From Paraspadella gotoi (taxonomy: Eukaryota; Animalia; Chaetognatha), in contig CM119268.1 in the NCBI GenBank assembly GCA_051294375.1, positions 18,244,005-18,308,004 of the forward strand: a stretch of 64,000 nucleotides of DNA, read 5' to 3'. A program made the position numbers and the translations under genes. Below, one piece after another: positions 12,901 through 27,667 of the stretch. Each line of letters begins with the position of its first letter. Within the stretch, counting starts at the first letter, position 1. Under the pieces are notes generated by a model. The model searched no databases. It worked only from the letters and a program-made list of their open reading frames with translations, and had not been told where the DNA came from.

Positions 12901-13383
12901 GAGATCATCATCGTATAGATCACTATCATAATCAATGCACCATCATCATCATTCAGCAACTCCAAATGATCATCATCACCATGCACATCATCAGCATTCA
13001 TTCATCAGCATCATCATCATCATCAAATAACATTCAATCACCAATATCACAGCATAATCATCATCATCATCTATCCATCATCATCATCATCATCACCATC
13101 ACATCAACCATCAAATCCCGTCATCATTCACATCATCATCATCAAATCATCGTCAACCCCCCCCCCCTCGACATAGAACAGCTCCAGAACTACTTCAAGC
13201 CAGGCCATCAACGCCCTCACCGGCCGTGACGTTGAGCAGCGGGTGTCTCTCGTAAAGCGTCTGCGCGATTCCGTAGGCGCGGTGATGTTTTCGACGCCAT
13301 GATTCGCAGCCGGCGACGAGTTGGATGCGAGGCGCCTCCTCGTCGGTGGGCGAGGAGAGAGAGAGGTGGCTCGCTCGGTTGTG
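10105..13383 (-). CDS. PP2C-like (PPM-type) phosphatase, Drosophila CG9801-like; 3' catalytic exons
   Basis: Exons give RAYGIAQTLYERHP / [28 protein letters not shown] / TTLC..NVGDSFAFVYS..EITEG / SHNVHVDRDIRDTGGALGAVEGERPELSNLT..GDIVLLTTDGISDNFDP / QRH / AQEVCATL..RRQVLENPQLY / PGKLDHATIVAYEVG*. The PPM metal-binding Asp motifs are present. Stop at 10107-10105. The CG9801 similarity is from recalled family motifs. Confidence 0.9.
12850..13152. repeat. Imperfect (CAT)n microsatellite in PP2C-like intron
   Basis: Long degenerate CAT/ATC run; source of the spurious His-rich ORF. Confidence 0.9.
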
Positions 13384-14466
13384 CTGGCGAGAGGCGAGAG
13401 AGAGAGAATTGGGGGGAGAAGGGAGCGGAAGAGGAGAAGGGGGAGGGAGAGAAGGGGGAGGGAGAGTAAAGGAGGAGGGAGAGAAGTTGAGGGAGGAGAG
13501 CAGGGGGGGAGAGAAGGGAGGAGATGGAGAAGGGGGAGAGACAGTATGGGAGGGTCAATGCAGTCCTTCCATGAAGATAAACTGCGATGGGCTCAGTATG
13601 GATTAAACTTTGAAAACAAAACAATAATATTGCGATATATGATTTAAATAGTTGAGTTTTTAACCAATCTTAGTTCAATCGATACCTGAGCCCAGTTTAC
13701 AAGTTACTCAATTAGCGAATGATTTAAAAGTAATAAAGAATTAATAAAACATGTTTTAATTAAAAAAAAAATAACTAAACGAATTAACAGTGAGACTGAA
13801 GTTAAACAACTGTATTAGAAATTTATTAGAAAGTTTATTTTATGTTTTTCTTGGCAAACGACTTCTCTCGTCGTAAATTTTTTACTCGTGACTAAATTGT
13901 AAAAAAAAAAATTGTATTCTAGAGTCACTAGAGCTTTCAGTTCTATACATTTTAAACTAAACATTATTTCAAATGCTTTTGTTGCGATTTAAAAGTTGAA
14001 GTTTTGCAATATTAAAAGAAATTGATTAAAAAGAAGGCAATCATGAATGGCCGATCCAAAAACATTCCACGCATTCCCTAAATTCATTCACTAGTAATTT
14101 CTGATCTTATTGTTTTGAAAAGAAAATAGCAAAATTTAAGTAAAAAATAATAAACCGAACATTATAAACTGCCTTTTCAGGCATTTTGAAAAGCATTAAA
14201 AAGTAAACAGTATTTGTCAGCAAGCAGAGAATACGAATTGAAAATAGGCCGTTGTCTATATTTATTCATTTTTTATTTATTAATATTTTTTGATCTAACA
14301 GTCATTGAACTCGCATGAATGTCCGATACAAAGATTTCTCTCTTATCCCGTTTTATCCTCAATCGAGCGACAGATTTTATCTCCTTTATTCCTTTCCATC
14401 TTCTGAATGGAATCGAGAGCGATGAGAGGGAGGGAGAGAGAGAAGGAGAGAGACGAGAGAGAGAGC

Positions 14467-14536
<70 letters not shown>

Positions 14537-15661
14537 AATCTCAGCCCCGAATTGCCTCCAAAATTAACCAATATCATATAATATCTTCTGATAACAAAAC
14601 AAGAGAAGGGCATTGCTCTGTAAATAAAACAAGCCAAACTCACCTCTCGAATCACCCAAATGTAATGGATCAGTGGACTTTTTTTTCGCTCTCAGTCACT
14701 CCAGACTTCATTAAGATTCAAAACGTGGAAATCCGCAATCTATTAGTCGGTCGGTCTATAGTCGATCCATAGTCGGTCAAAATATATATTCATCGCCGTG
14801 CGGTTGCTTTAGTCTTTATTGTCTCGTCGTCAGTCATCATCGACGTCCGACATCGTCGTTGTAAGTTGTAGTCGTTGTAGTCGTTGTTATCAGACAGTCG
14901 CCTGTTTAGTTCCTAAGGCTCTCTCGTTCCTACTCCACTCCCCCCGTAAAAAAAGTGATGACGAATTTGAAAAAAGAACAAAACATTTTCGGGATTCAAT
15001 TCTCTCGTTCAACGAGCACAGCGATGAGCTTTTTTTTTTAAACCGGAAAATTTTGGTCCTTTGATTCGTCGACTGGTCGGTCTGTCTACTGTGAGTGGGG
15101 GGCGGGGAAGTTGGGATGATTCTAGTTAAAAGTTAAAAAGTTAAAGAAAGTGAAAAACGAAAAGAAAAACAAGAATGTTAAACAAATGAGTGCAGAGTAA
15201 AAGCAAAAATTGCATATCTTCGAGGCGCATAAGAGAGAGAGAGAGAGTAGAGAGGCGAGAGAGAGAGAAGAAGAGAAGAGAGAGAAGAAGAAGTGTATCG
15301 GACGAGAGAGAGAGGAAGAGAGGAAGAGAGAGAGAACCGCCGCTGACGAGCACGGGCCGAACATGAGTTGTCTTGCGTCGGTCCCCCCGCCCCGCGCTCC
15401 CTGGCTCTTTTCATCCCCGAAGACGAGAAGAGCCGGTGACATCCGGCGGGCGCGCCGCTTGTGCCTCGTTTAAGCCCCCGGCGCCCCCCCCCCCCCCCCC
15501 TTTTAAAATCCTCGTGGATATCTCTCTCTTTTNNNNNNNNNNNNNNNNNNNNNNNNNTATATATATATATATATAATATAATAATATATAATACGTCTTG
15601 TGATACTATTTTTAAATGAATTTTATGAAAATTTTTTATGGTTTAGGAAGAATGGGGGGGG

Positions 15662-15705
<44 letters not shown>

Positions 15706-18016
15706 GAGATCCAAACTCAGCGCACCGAATTGCCTTCCAAAATTAATACCAATATTATAAATATCTTCTGATAACAAAACAAGAGAAAGGCATTGCTCTG
15801 TAAATAAACCGTAGGCCAAACTTCCACACTCTCGAATCACACCGAAATCTAATGGAACAGTGGACTTTTTTTTCTTCGCACTCATTCACTCCAGGAGTCT
15901 TCATTAACATGATTACAAAACCGGTGAAATCTTCGCAGTGATCTATTAGTCGGTTGTCTATAAGTGAGTACGACAATAGTCGGTACAAATAGAATATTCA
16001 TCGCGCCTCACCGCGCGCCCGCGTTGCTTTCAGTCTTTATTGTTCTCGTGTCAGTCATACATCGACGGTCCGACATCTCGTGTAGTTGTAGTGCGGTGTG
16101 TACGGTCCGCTTGTTTAGCAGACCCTCCTGTTTAGTCATCTGGCTCTCCTCTCCGTTTACTACCAGATCCCAGCCGCTAAAAAAGTGAGTGACGAAGCTT
16201 TGAAGCACAAAGAACAAAACCAGTTTTCGGATTTTGTACGCTTCTTAATTCTTTATTCGATGTTACAGATGCGAGGCTAGAGAGGGACGCGCATGACGCT
16301 TTTTTTTTTAACCGGAAAATTCTGGTCCTTGTGATTGGTCGACATGGTCGGTCTGTCTACTGTGAGATGGGGGGTGGGGAAGTTGGGACTGAGATTCTAG
16401 TTAATAAGTTAAAGTGAAAAAGTCGATGTGTCGTTAACGAGCGACAGAAACAAGTGACGAATAATCTTCCTCAATATAAGAAACGAAACACAAAAACAAG
16501 AATGTTAAACAAATGATCAGGGAAAAGTGTTGCCTATTCTTCGAGGGCGCATAAGGAGACGAGTAGAGAGAGTGAGAGAGAGAGAGAGAGGGAGGAGAGA
16601 GAGATGAGAGAGAAGAGAGAAGATCGAAGACGTAGAGCAGTATGAGTGAGTGAGGAGCGACAGAGAGAGAGAACGGACAGGAGGAGCCCTACACACGGCC
16701 GAACTATAGTTATGTCCTTCGACCCTCTAACCCCCGCCCGCGCCTCCCTGCTTCTTTTCAATCCACATCGACGTAGCGGAAATCTCCGTGCACATTCCGG
16801 CGGGGACCGGCTTTGCTCGTTTTTAAATCCCCAGATGGAATGCTAGTATCCCATGGAGAACCGCATTGGAAAATTTAGATAGAGAATGGATATCAAGAAG
16901 CTTAGATGCACTTTAGATTGAACGCGAAGTCCATAACATTTGAACGGGTGACTTGAGGTGAATCTTGTTCCCAAGTATTGCGTCTGGTTGAATAATGAAT
17001 AAAGACAGAGAGTAGAGAAGAAGTCGGTCGTGAAGGCCGTTGTTTGATCAAAATTACATTACCATAGCCTTTTCATTCCCGATCATTCTATTTATTCCCA
17101 CTTTAATTTCAACGAACGTTCAGATTTATTGAAATTACCTCAGTAATCTTTTCCGTCTCATGAACTGATTTACATCACTCTTTCTCTTTTACCATTTTTT
17201 CTCACTATGCTGTCGTAAAAACCGACAATCCTCGTCCTCCCCGCGATCGCTCGCAAACTCCCCTCATTTCTCCTAGCTTTACTTCAATCCTGCCGACTTA
17301 GAAATTAGTAATAAAAAAGCAGGGAAAGGCCTTTACGGTCCTCCGCCCCCTTTCGCTCTTTTTTCTCGCCGCCGGCGCTGAGTCATCATTTCGCAATTTG
17401 CATATTGGCCAACCGTGGTTCTCCGTCACGTAAGCGAGATTAGAACGTGTCCACAAATTGGGCTTGTTAGACCGAAAAGGATATAATAATATATATCATA
17501 TCACTATATAATATAATAATAATAATACGTCTTGTGATACTATCTATTCTTTAAATGATTTTATGAAAATTTTTTATGGTTTAGGACAGAATTGCTATTT
17601 ATTAGCATTTATTATTTATTTGCGCAGTAAAAGAGCGAGAAAAATAGGAGGACAGAAAAAAAAGAGGGAAAGTGTGTATAGGAAATAAAGGAACAAAAGA
17701 ATCAGTAAAGGAAGAACGACAAAAAAGGGAAACAAGGAGATAAAAATATAAATGTGCAATTTGCAAAATGGGTAACTAAGTTAGAAATTAATCATAAACC
17801 GNNNNNNNNNNNNNNNNNNNNNNNNNTCGCCTCGTGTTTGAATAAAAATTACGCGTCGACAGTAAACGTCGACCGATAGGAAAACAAATTGGAAGTTTAT
17901 ATCAGACGACGATAGGAATAGAAAAATGGCGCTAGCGATCGGCAAAAAGAAAAATATATAAGTAGTCGGGCATTGCCTAGGTTCACCCCGCCTAGAATCA
18001 TGACACTTTCAGTTGT

Positions 18017-18255
18017 GACCCGGTGGCTCATTGAGTAAAGCCATCAGCTCATGACCCCTAGGTACCGGCTTCAATCCCAACCCGGTACCTACTCTGCGGG
18101 AAGCGTGAGGACGGCCGTAAGCCGCCTTGGGGCATGGCAAACCCTCAAGCCTTGTTCCAAGCCCAGGGACCCGTTCCATGGCTGCTAGAGGGGGTTATAG
18201 AAGTTACGGACAGTCATCTTCAGCCCACGTAGCGCCTTATCCACATATATATACG
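18017..18255 (+). mobile_element. tRNA-derived SINE-like element C
   Basis: Head GACCCGGTGGCTCATTGAGTAAAGC.. with A-box-like TGGCTCATTGAG and B-box-like GGCTTCAATCC, GC-rich body and (TA)-type tail. An independent degenerate head lies at about 53873-53933. Confidence 0.65.
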
Positions 18256-18540
18256 TAGTTTATTGTTTTAACAATATTTATCGTTTAATACTTTGCTACA
18301 TCTAAATACTTTAAGGGTATTTTTTTTATTCTGATTAACCCAAAAAATAATATTTTTAAACCTTACAACTGCCTCCTATTTATTTTGAGGCCAATATCTC
18401 TTCAATCCGAAAATAAACGACGCCCTTTTGTTTTCCTTAAACAAACGTGGGATTTGAAACGATTCTCTTTTGTTTTCTTTGATTTTGCAAATGACCGAAG
18501 GTCAATGGACTCTCTGACTCATTGACCGAATAGGACAGAA

Positions 18541-18635
<95 letters not shown>

Positions 18636-18970
18636 ACTCGAATTAAAAAATTATAAAAAGAAAAAAGAAAAACTTAAAGGACAAAGGAACTCGGAGAAAA
18701 ATTCAATTATGAATAACTGAGAATGACAGGAACTAGTTTAATTGGCCACTTTAATTTTTCAGTAACTGAGCTAAAGTTTGATTGCAAATGTAATGGGGAA
18801 AGTAAGTTAATGGTAATAGTAACTATTGGCGTTTGTTGCGACGCTGAATCCGCTTCAGTCGGCATATCCACCAAAGAAGATTCACCCCCGTCTCAATCCC
18901 GCTGGACGGAGCCAGAGGAAAAGAGACTAATCCATCTTATCTGTAGCCAAGCGAGAGAGGAGAAATGGAA

Positions 18971-19015
<45 letters not shown>

Positions 19016-19213
19016 TGAAGAAAAGAGAAGAGAGAGAGAGAGGCGAGAGAGAGACGAGAGAGTGAGTGGTGGGATAGAATTCACCAATAATCAAAGCCAG
19101 CGAAGAGAACAGTAATGAGGGTTTCTCACAGTTCTTTTTCCATTTAGGGAGAGAGAGAGAGAGAAGAGAAGAAAGAGGAGAGAGAGAGAGAGAAGAGAGA
19201 GAGAAGAGGAAAA

Positions 19214-19247
<34 letters not shown>

Positions 19248-20479
19248 AAAGATGTAAGTGAAGTGATATGAATGAAAAGAAAGAAAGTAAAGAATGAGTT
19301 TCTCAAATTTATCTTCTTTTCGCAAGTTTAGAGAGAGAGAGAGAAGACTATTTGATAACGCAGTATTGTTGTTAGTGGGATTTGCGATGGTTGGGAGGCG
19401 ATAGAGTAATGGCAGGAGCAGCTAGGAAAGAGGACTGAGATAATCGATAGGAGTTAAGGGAAAGAAAGAAGAGTTTAGAAAGACAGTACTAAAGAAATGC
19501 AAAATGAAATGAGACGAAGTATGACGGTTCCTTAAGTATGCTTAGTAGAGAAGAGAGAGAGTGACGAGAGGAGAGAAGAGAAGTAGAGAGCGTAGAAAAG
19601 AGCAGAGAGAGGAGAGAAGAGAGAGAGAGAGAGAGAGAGAATGAATGCAATGAGAATGGAAGAGTATTAGGTTTCTCAATATCTTCTTCTTCAGTTTCAG
19701 AGAGAAGAGAGAGAGAAAGAGAGAGAAAGAAGAGAGAGGCGAGTAGTAGGAGAGAGAGAGAAGAGAGAGAGAGAGAAGAAGTAGAGAAGAGATGAAATGA
19801 ATGAATGAGAATGATATGTTTGTATTTTGGCGAAAGTGACCCTTTCTTCAGCAAAATGATTTTCAATTTAGAAATCTATCTCAACTCATTTCGACTTTCC
19901 AACTTTCTTATCAAATAGTAATAGTAAAATTAAAAAAGCCGAAGTAAAGCAAACTGTGTTAATGTCAAACCCTCGTTAAAAATCAAATATTAGACAAAGT
20001 AAAAAAAAAGACAAAAAATATTTTATTGTTTTCTTCTTTCCTTATTAATTCGAGACTCGAAAAGATCAGCATTCCACTTTAAAAAAATATCATGATAAAA
20101 AAATTATTTGAGAATCGCATGGAATGAACAGAAGACTGATTCGTTTATGATGTAAGAATCAATGAAGATAAATGAATTTAAGAATTAAAAAAGCGAAAAT
20201 ACAAATACATAGCATTATTTATTTTTAGTTAACACTTGTGGAAAGACCAGATGAACTTTTTTGAGGCGGGAAAAAAAGATGTTTTACGAAAGCGCGAGAA
20301 AAGAAAAGAGAGGAAGAAGAAGCAGAGAAAGAAAGAAGAGAGAGAGAGGTGAGATATGGAGAGAGAGAGAGAGGAGAGAAGAACGACGATATGAAGAGAG
20401 GGCAGTGAGAAAAAAGAAAAGAGAGATTGAGAGAGAGAGAGGAGAGAAGAAAGAGAGGAGAAAGCAATAGACACGAGAG

Positions 20480-21509
20480 AGAGTCCGGAGACCCTCCGCG
20501 CTACAAGACAGCGTCATGTCGCCTTAAGCAGCGCCGGGCCGCAACGAGCGACGCGCGCCGGTAGTCCGTTGTTTTGATTTTTTTGGTGGGGGTACGTATC
20601 TTTGATATTGTGTTGATAATGATAAAAGATGTGAGGAGAGGCCGAGACGAGAAGAATAGTCGTCGTTGTCCCGTCGACGACGACGATGAGACAACGACGA
20701 CGGACGATGGTTGTCTGTTGTTTGTTGTAGAAAGTCGTTGTCGTTGTGGTTCGTCAAGTCCGGCCATGAGCTTGGCCGCTCTCTGTCGTCAAAGACCATC
20801 CGAATACGACGAAGTCGGTAGACGCGAACGAAAGGTTGATGAGAGGCGACAAAACTGGTCGTCGTCTGTTGTTGTCCGTCACTAAATTGTTATTGGTCGT
20901 CGTCGGTATAATTTTGCCGTTTCGGTCCATTGAGGTTTTTGTTTTGAGTTTTGTTAAATGAAGAAACACGCGACCAGAAAGTAAACAAACGGACAAAGTT
21001 CGGGAAAAGAGAAGGAGCATCCGTTGACATAGTAAGTTTCTATCTATTAAAGTCGTAATAATTTTTTTCCCAATAACGACTTAATTTTTTTAACTTTTTG
21101 CCAAAAAAGGACAAAGTGGGCGACTAAATGAACCAAAAGGGTCAGGCGTCAATACTGGCCCAATGATCCGGCGCATTTGCAGCAGGCACGACTTCAAAGA
21201 AAACTGTTTCTTTCGATTCGACCCTACCCTTTCTCGATTAAGCAAAAAACTCACTCAGAGACATCGTCGGCGCTGAGGTTTCCGTTTGACGGCGCAAACG
21301 CCACCACCGTGCCGCCGCAGGCCGCCGTCCGCTAGCTGCTGCTAACTTCCGGTCCGTTGGGCCGCAGGTTGGCGAGGCCGTCGTCGGGGCCCCGAAAAAG
21401 AGGCCAAACCCGTGGGGCATGAGGGGCCCGAGGTCCTCGAGGGGCATATCGGTCACATGACGTCCGTAAGTCGTGGCCTTTGGGGGCGCGTCGGAGTTTG
21501 CTGTGTTGG

Positions 21510-21564
<55 letters not shown>

Positions 21565-24500
21565 AGTAGAGAGAGAGAGAGAGAGAGAGAGACGGTGAGG
21601 GAACGAGATCCACGAAAGGGTTAAAGGTAATGAGAAGAACACTAAAAAGAAAAAGAAAAGAACAAAAAAAAGATTTTGTTAATATTGCGATGAGGTGAGA
21701 AAATAATGGGTGAGTAGACGTTCAATTATAGTCGATTACAAATAAATAAGCTAATGATCTTCGAAGGAAATAAACAAGCCAATAAACAATAAATTGAAAT
21801 AGTAAAATACAATATAAAAATAGAGACATTGTGTTGTTATCCTTTCTTTTTTGTTGTTTTAAGGTAAATTAACACTTTAATTTTAAAGAGTATAGGAAGA
21901 TTTCGTGGAAGAATTCTCCACGAAGATCTTGCTTCTCCTAAATCAACTGTCATACTCAAAAAATATTAAGCTATTACACACCTACTCCGAAAGCTACAAA
22001 TTTCAATAATATTAGAGACAAAATTACATGTATTTGACCATCGTCAACCTCATGAACGCGCCAAACAGGCTGCCACCTACCCATAAGGGCGGAGAGATCA
22101 TTCAGAACATTCTTAGGAGCCTCGAATATTAAATTATAATATTATTGCAGAGGAAACGTTTAGGTAGGGTTTATATTATAATTATTGAGGTCAAAATTTG
22201 CTTATAATCCTACGTAAACCTATAACGTACATGGATCAATTTATGCAAAAGAAATCTTTCCTGGTCCTCTTTCAACAATGATCTCATCGCCATATGGAGC
22301 GTCCTGTTTTGACGCCGCTAGTTAGAATCGCTGTCTTCACATTATTGTTCGTTACATTGCGATCCGACGCATACAGAGGTCGCATGCGTATGGACCCCGT
22401 AAGTGTGATTCTCTGACCCGGCGCGAGAGATACATCTCTGGCGCCGGACAACGTCGAGGCGTCACTCAAGAGTACTTCCTGATTTGGCATGCTTCGAATA
22501 AGAGAATTTGAGAGAGAGGGTTCATTCGTAAGAACAATAAACAAACAAGGAGCAACTCGACAGTATCAAAAAAGAACAAAAGGAAGCAGAATTAAATCAC
22601 CACAATAAATAGATCTAATTTAATCGAGATGGATATAACGATTTAATAATTTCAAGTATAAATTGTGTTTTATCCGATTATATTTAGTTGTTTCTTCAAA
22701 TTTCACTTCGAGAGAAACTTAAATTAGCTTATATTATGTAACACAGCGAATAATAGTTATCATTTTCCTTCGTTGAGGGAGTATTACGTCTACCTATCTT
22801 CACTCTCACGTACTAACACCACAATCTTATTACTCAACTAGCACAATCTAGGAATATTAGAGCATATATATATAATTTTAACTATATCTTTTATTTCGTT
22901 TTCTCATATATAGATCTATATCTTTTTTTTTTAGGAGAATTTTCTTAACATTATCCCAAGAAGTCTTTACCGGCTGTGGATGTTGGAGCTTCAGTAGTGG
23001 TTACCGATCACCGGGCTCGCTCTTCGTTCCTCTCATCGTTGCTCTATCTTCGTTCTATGACTGCACTCACTCATCCTCGCTCGATCTTCTCCGCTCATAC
23101 CCTCTGCTCCATCTCTCTCGCTCCACTCTCATTCTTTTTTCCAACTTAACAAAGAGCAAACCGTCAACCCGCCCCAAGAGAACTGACATCGAAGTATATC
23201 TGAACGTAAATGTAACATTAACTCTGTAGAGTGTACTTATATGCCCATGCGGAGGTTCACTCTCGGCGGGCGCGCTCACTTGTTGAACCCTAAGGCGGTG
23301 GTGTTGTTGGCCTGAATTCTGTCTTCAGTGTCCGCACTATGAACTGAGCTCAATGAGGCACCAACTCAATCGGTTGCAGAAACAAGAACGGATGGTACCG
23401 AGCGAGAAGGGATGTAGTGAGCAGTTAAGCTGAAGCGGCGAGCGAGCTGGTACCGGGTGAAACAGTCGAGGAGAGATCTATTCGGTTGCCACGTCTAACC
23501 CACGAGAATCACCGTCAGCGGCGCTTCGACCGAACTCTCACTCGATAGCAGTTATATATTATTATTTTGTGATAATCAGAGTATGAATGTGGTTCACAGA
23601 GTAGCATAACGAGATGAACCCATTTTATTCTATGTAAGTACTGCTTGCTGCAAACCGGTGTCCGATTATTTTCAAGCGAGGAGAGAACACACGTAATTGA
23701 GACCTAAACCTTGACTACCTTTTTTACTATAGCACTTCACTAGGCTAGGCTATTTCACATGGTCTCTCATTCTTGGTCATCTTTCATTTATAGTAGGTTT
23801 CTTTGTGCACAAATCTAAGTAACATATTCTTATATGTACCAGTGATTTATTTGCTAGCACATTTACTAACATAATCACTACAGTATTTAAATTACACTTT
23901 ATAACTTTACTTAGGAATTAGTTTATGGTAAATACTGCCTTGTTATCCAATCTGATTGGTGAATTACTCCGTCATTCTTTATCTTGATGTTTATGTTCAT
24001 CTCACAATTTTGTTCTGTGCGAGCTTTTTGTTTTTGTTTTTATTTCTTTGCATATAGTTACTGGAATCTCTTATTTGTCTCATTGCTTAATTTAATGAAT
24101 CTATAAACATTAATCTTTCATATAAACGGAATATGAAATATATATTATTTAATAATGACAGACCACAGACAAATAACATTATTAGAGATCGGTAGAGGAG
24201 TCTCTAAGGAAACCAATTTTAACGTAGCGAACTAGTTTTTGTCACACGAGAGTCTCTTCAATCGAAATGAGAGGTCGTCGACTTCACTCACGGAGCGGCT
24301 AGGTCGGCTTTTGGATGCTCGAGACGCCGTTAAGCGAGCGACGTGGCCACTGGACTTGCAGATACTCCGGATTTTACCACCTAACGCTATTCGTACAAAA
24401 ATCCCATAGCAATTCACCGTACGATGTAACAACAGATATCATTAACCACACCAAGCCGTAAACCCATCGTCACGCGCCTGACCTCTCGTTTCGTCGTCAA

Positions 24501-24953
24501 TCGGTCAGCACTTGCGCGACGTACAAGCAACTGGACAGCTAGAGTACACCTTCCTCGTTCCAGCCGAATTCTCGTTCCCACTCTCGATAAGACCGACGGA
24601 GCCAGAGTTGAAAGCCCGCCGTGCGCTCACCAAGAGTATCCCACCGAGACTCGCGAGACAGGATCCGGACTTCAGGTCGTGCCCGGCGCTAAGGGCCCGA
24701 ACAATACACCGCTCGGTGCGGTCTGGAAAAAAGAAAGAAAAAAAAAGATTGATAAAAACAAAGTTAACACAGTAATTTCAATACAAGGACGGACTACATC
24801 ACAGAAGATGTTTCTGGCTTTGTTCTCACGTTTTGCAGGCGCACCAAATTGTTCACCTGCTTTATCCCTCCCTTTAAAATTTCCTCTCACCTTTTTGTTC
24901 GTTCTTCCTCGAATCCCAAACGTTAACTGGCATGAAATCAAAACGTTAAACAT
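20480..24953 (-). other. Noisy re-copy of PP2C-like 5' exons
   Basis: Frameshifted versions of MFNVLIS, YGRHVTDMPLEDLGPLMPH and other exons that are clean at 30821-40790. Confidence 0.65.
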
Positions 24954-27249
24954 ATTTTCTTTTTTTTCCTCTCTCTCTCCCTCACCAATTCGAACAAAGA
25001 AAGGTAAATTCGAAGTAAAGCACCAAGAAATTAGCCAATTTGCGAAAGATTTCTCTTTGCCGTAGGCAAAACATAACTCCACTCCGGCGAAAGCCTGAAA
25101 CGTGCATCCTCCTAATTCTTGGAATCGATCCTCTGCGACTCTTCAAATTTTCTCCTGCGCAAAATATTGAAACGCGCGGGGCAAAAGCTGAAATCTCGCC
25201 GGTTAGATCTCAGAGAGAGACGCGACGCGAGAACAACGACGTCTACAATGACGACGACGATCGACTGACGGACGCACGACGACGACCAACTGACGACGAG
25301 GACGATGGCAACGTGAACCGAAAGAGGATCATGTGATTCTCTCTTCTACTCTCCGTCTTCCCTCTCTCGTACAGCTCGCCGCCGGCACCGTCTTACTCTC
25401 GAATCCCTGGCGAAATCTCTGACCATATACTCAAACTTTACCTACCCACGCCCTCGGGTCCACGGTTGCCTCGACCAGCACGGGTCAGTGATGGCCAACC
25501 TCTCACAGCACTCTGACCTTTTTGCGCATCGGGTTATATCACACTGAGGGGGGGCTAGGATTTCTAGATTCCATTATCCGGCTATGACCGTGGGGAACAA
25601 ATTAAGCCCATTATTGAATGGAAAGGAAGAATGTGGTATTTATTACCCCGAATGTCTGTAAAGAATTCGGGAGAGACTCGATCACTTCTATTCTCGTTAG
25701 AATCAAATCGAATTATTTTCACCTTTTGAAAAATACCGTCACCTTCCCTGCCAGACACTCCTTTCTTTCTCTTTAACTCTTTCTCAATTCATTTGTTACA
25801 TTCTTATCTATATTTTCTTTTTTTTTTCTTTCATATTTTTCATTTTTACATTACGATCCAGTTTTCTGTCCAAGTTCATCCGATTCTCATTAATTTTTTT
25901 TTAATATAATTTTTTAAATAAATGCTTTTCCGAGTCTTATTAAGAAAACTTAAATTTTTTTCTTTTTTTACTTTCTAATTATAGTTTTACGAAGTTTATT
26001 AACACATTGCTTTTAGTTAACCCTCGCTTTTTAAATTTTACATTTCTATTTTGATAGATAGGTTTGGGGTAGGGAAAGCGTGAGCACATGTTCCATGTGA
26101 ATCTTTGCTGACAGGAGAAGGGCTCTTCACTGTCCGGCATCTTACTAACTTTCATTCTCATTCATTCATTCTTCTCTCTTCCTCCTCTCTCCATCTCTCT
26201 TCCTCTCTCTCTCTTCGCATCTCTCTCTCATCCTCCTCTTTCCACTCCCTCGTACTACTATCTCTCCCCTCCTCCCCTTCCTCCTTTCTCTCCCTCACTC
26301 GCCCCTCTCCTTCTCTCCTCTTTCCTCTCTCCCTCTCTCTCTCCACCTTTGGCGCACTGGCAGCACACCTCTTTCTCTCTTCTCTCTCTCTCTCCTTCTC
26401 TCTTTCTTTCTCTCCTCTTCTCTCCTCCTCCTCTATTACTTAACCGTCAGCCTTCTTCACAGTTTTTAGACGTTTAAAAACAATTTTTTTTATCTTAAAA
26501 ACTCGCATCAGAGTTATTTAAATCGCTTAAGGGCTACTCATGCCCTAAAGCCACTCAGATCAATTGTTCAAAATGTTCTCTCTCTCTCTAAACTGGAAAA
26601 GAAGATAATTGAGAAACTTTACTATTTTCATCATGATTCTTTCTCCTCGTTCTTCTATTCTCATCTCATTTCTCTCTGCCTCTCTCTCCTCTCTCTTTCT
26701 CTCTTCTCTCTCTCTCTCTCTCTCTCTTCTCCTCTCTCTCTCTCTCCTCTCTCCCCTAAACTGGAAAAAAATACTTGAGAAACCTCATTACTTTCTCTTC
26801 GCTGCTTTGATTATTGGTGACTTCCATCACTCACTTCTCACTCTCTCTCGCCCTTTTCATCCTCTCTCTCTTCCTCTTCTCTCTCTCTTCTCTCTTCTCT
26901 CCTTTCTCTCTCTTCTTTTCCATTCTCCTCTCTCGCTTGGCTACAGATAAGATGGATAGTCTCTTTTCCTTCTGGCTCCGTCCAGCGGGATTGAGACGGG
27001 GGGTGAATCTTCTTTGTGGATATGCCGACTGAAGCGGATTCAGCGTCGCCAACAAAACGCCAATTATATATTACCATTAACTTACTTTCCCCATTACATT
27101 TGCAATCAAAACTTTAGCTCAGTTACTGAAAAATTAAGTGGCAATTAAACTAGTTCCTGTCATTCTCAGTTATTCATAATTGAATTTTCTCCGAGTTCCT
27201 TTGGTCCTTTAAGTTTTCCTTTTTTTTTTTATAATTTTTTATCTATTCT

Positions 27250-27299
<50 letters not shown>

Positions 27300-27303
27300 C
27301 TCT

Positions 27304-27353
<50 letters not shown>

Positions 27354-27667
27354 CCTTTCTCTTCTCTTTGTCCTATTCGGTCAATGAGTTCAGAGAGTCC
27401 ATTGACCTTCGGTCATTTGCAAAATCAAAGAAAACAAAAGAGAATCGTTTCAAATCCCACGTTTGTTTAAAGGAAAACAAAAGGGGCTCGTTTATTTTCC
27501 GGATTGAAGAGATATGGCCTCAAAATAAATAAGGCAGCATGATCTGTAGGTTGAAAAATATTATTCTTTTGGGCTCTAATTCAGCAATCCAAACGAAAAA
27601 TACCCTACAAGTATTTAGATTGTAGGCAAAGTGATTAAACGATAAATCTTGTTAAAAACAATAAACT

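Noticed and set aside
22960-23110. Third tRNA-Ala copy
   Set aside because: It occupies the equivalent position but is too corrupted to fold; treated as raw-read noise.
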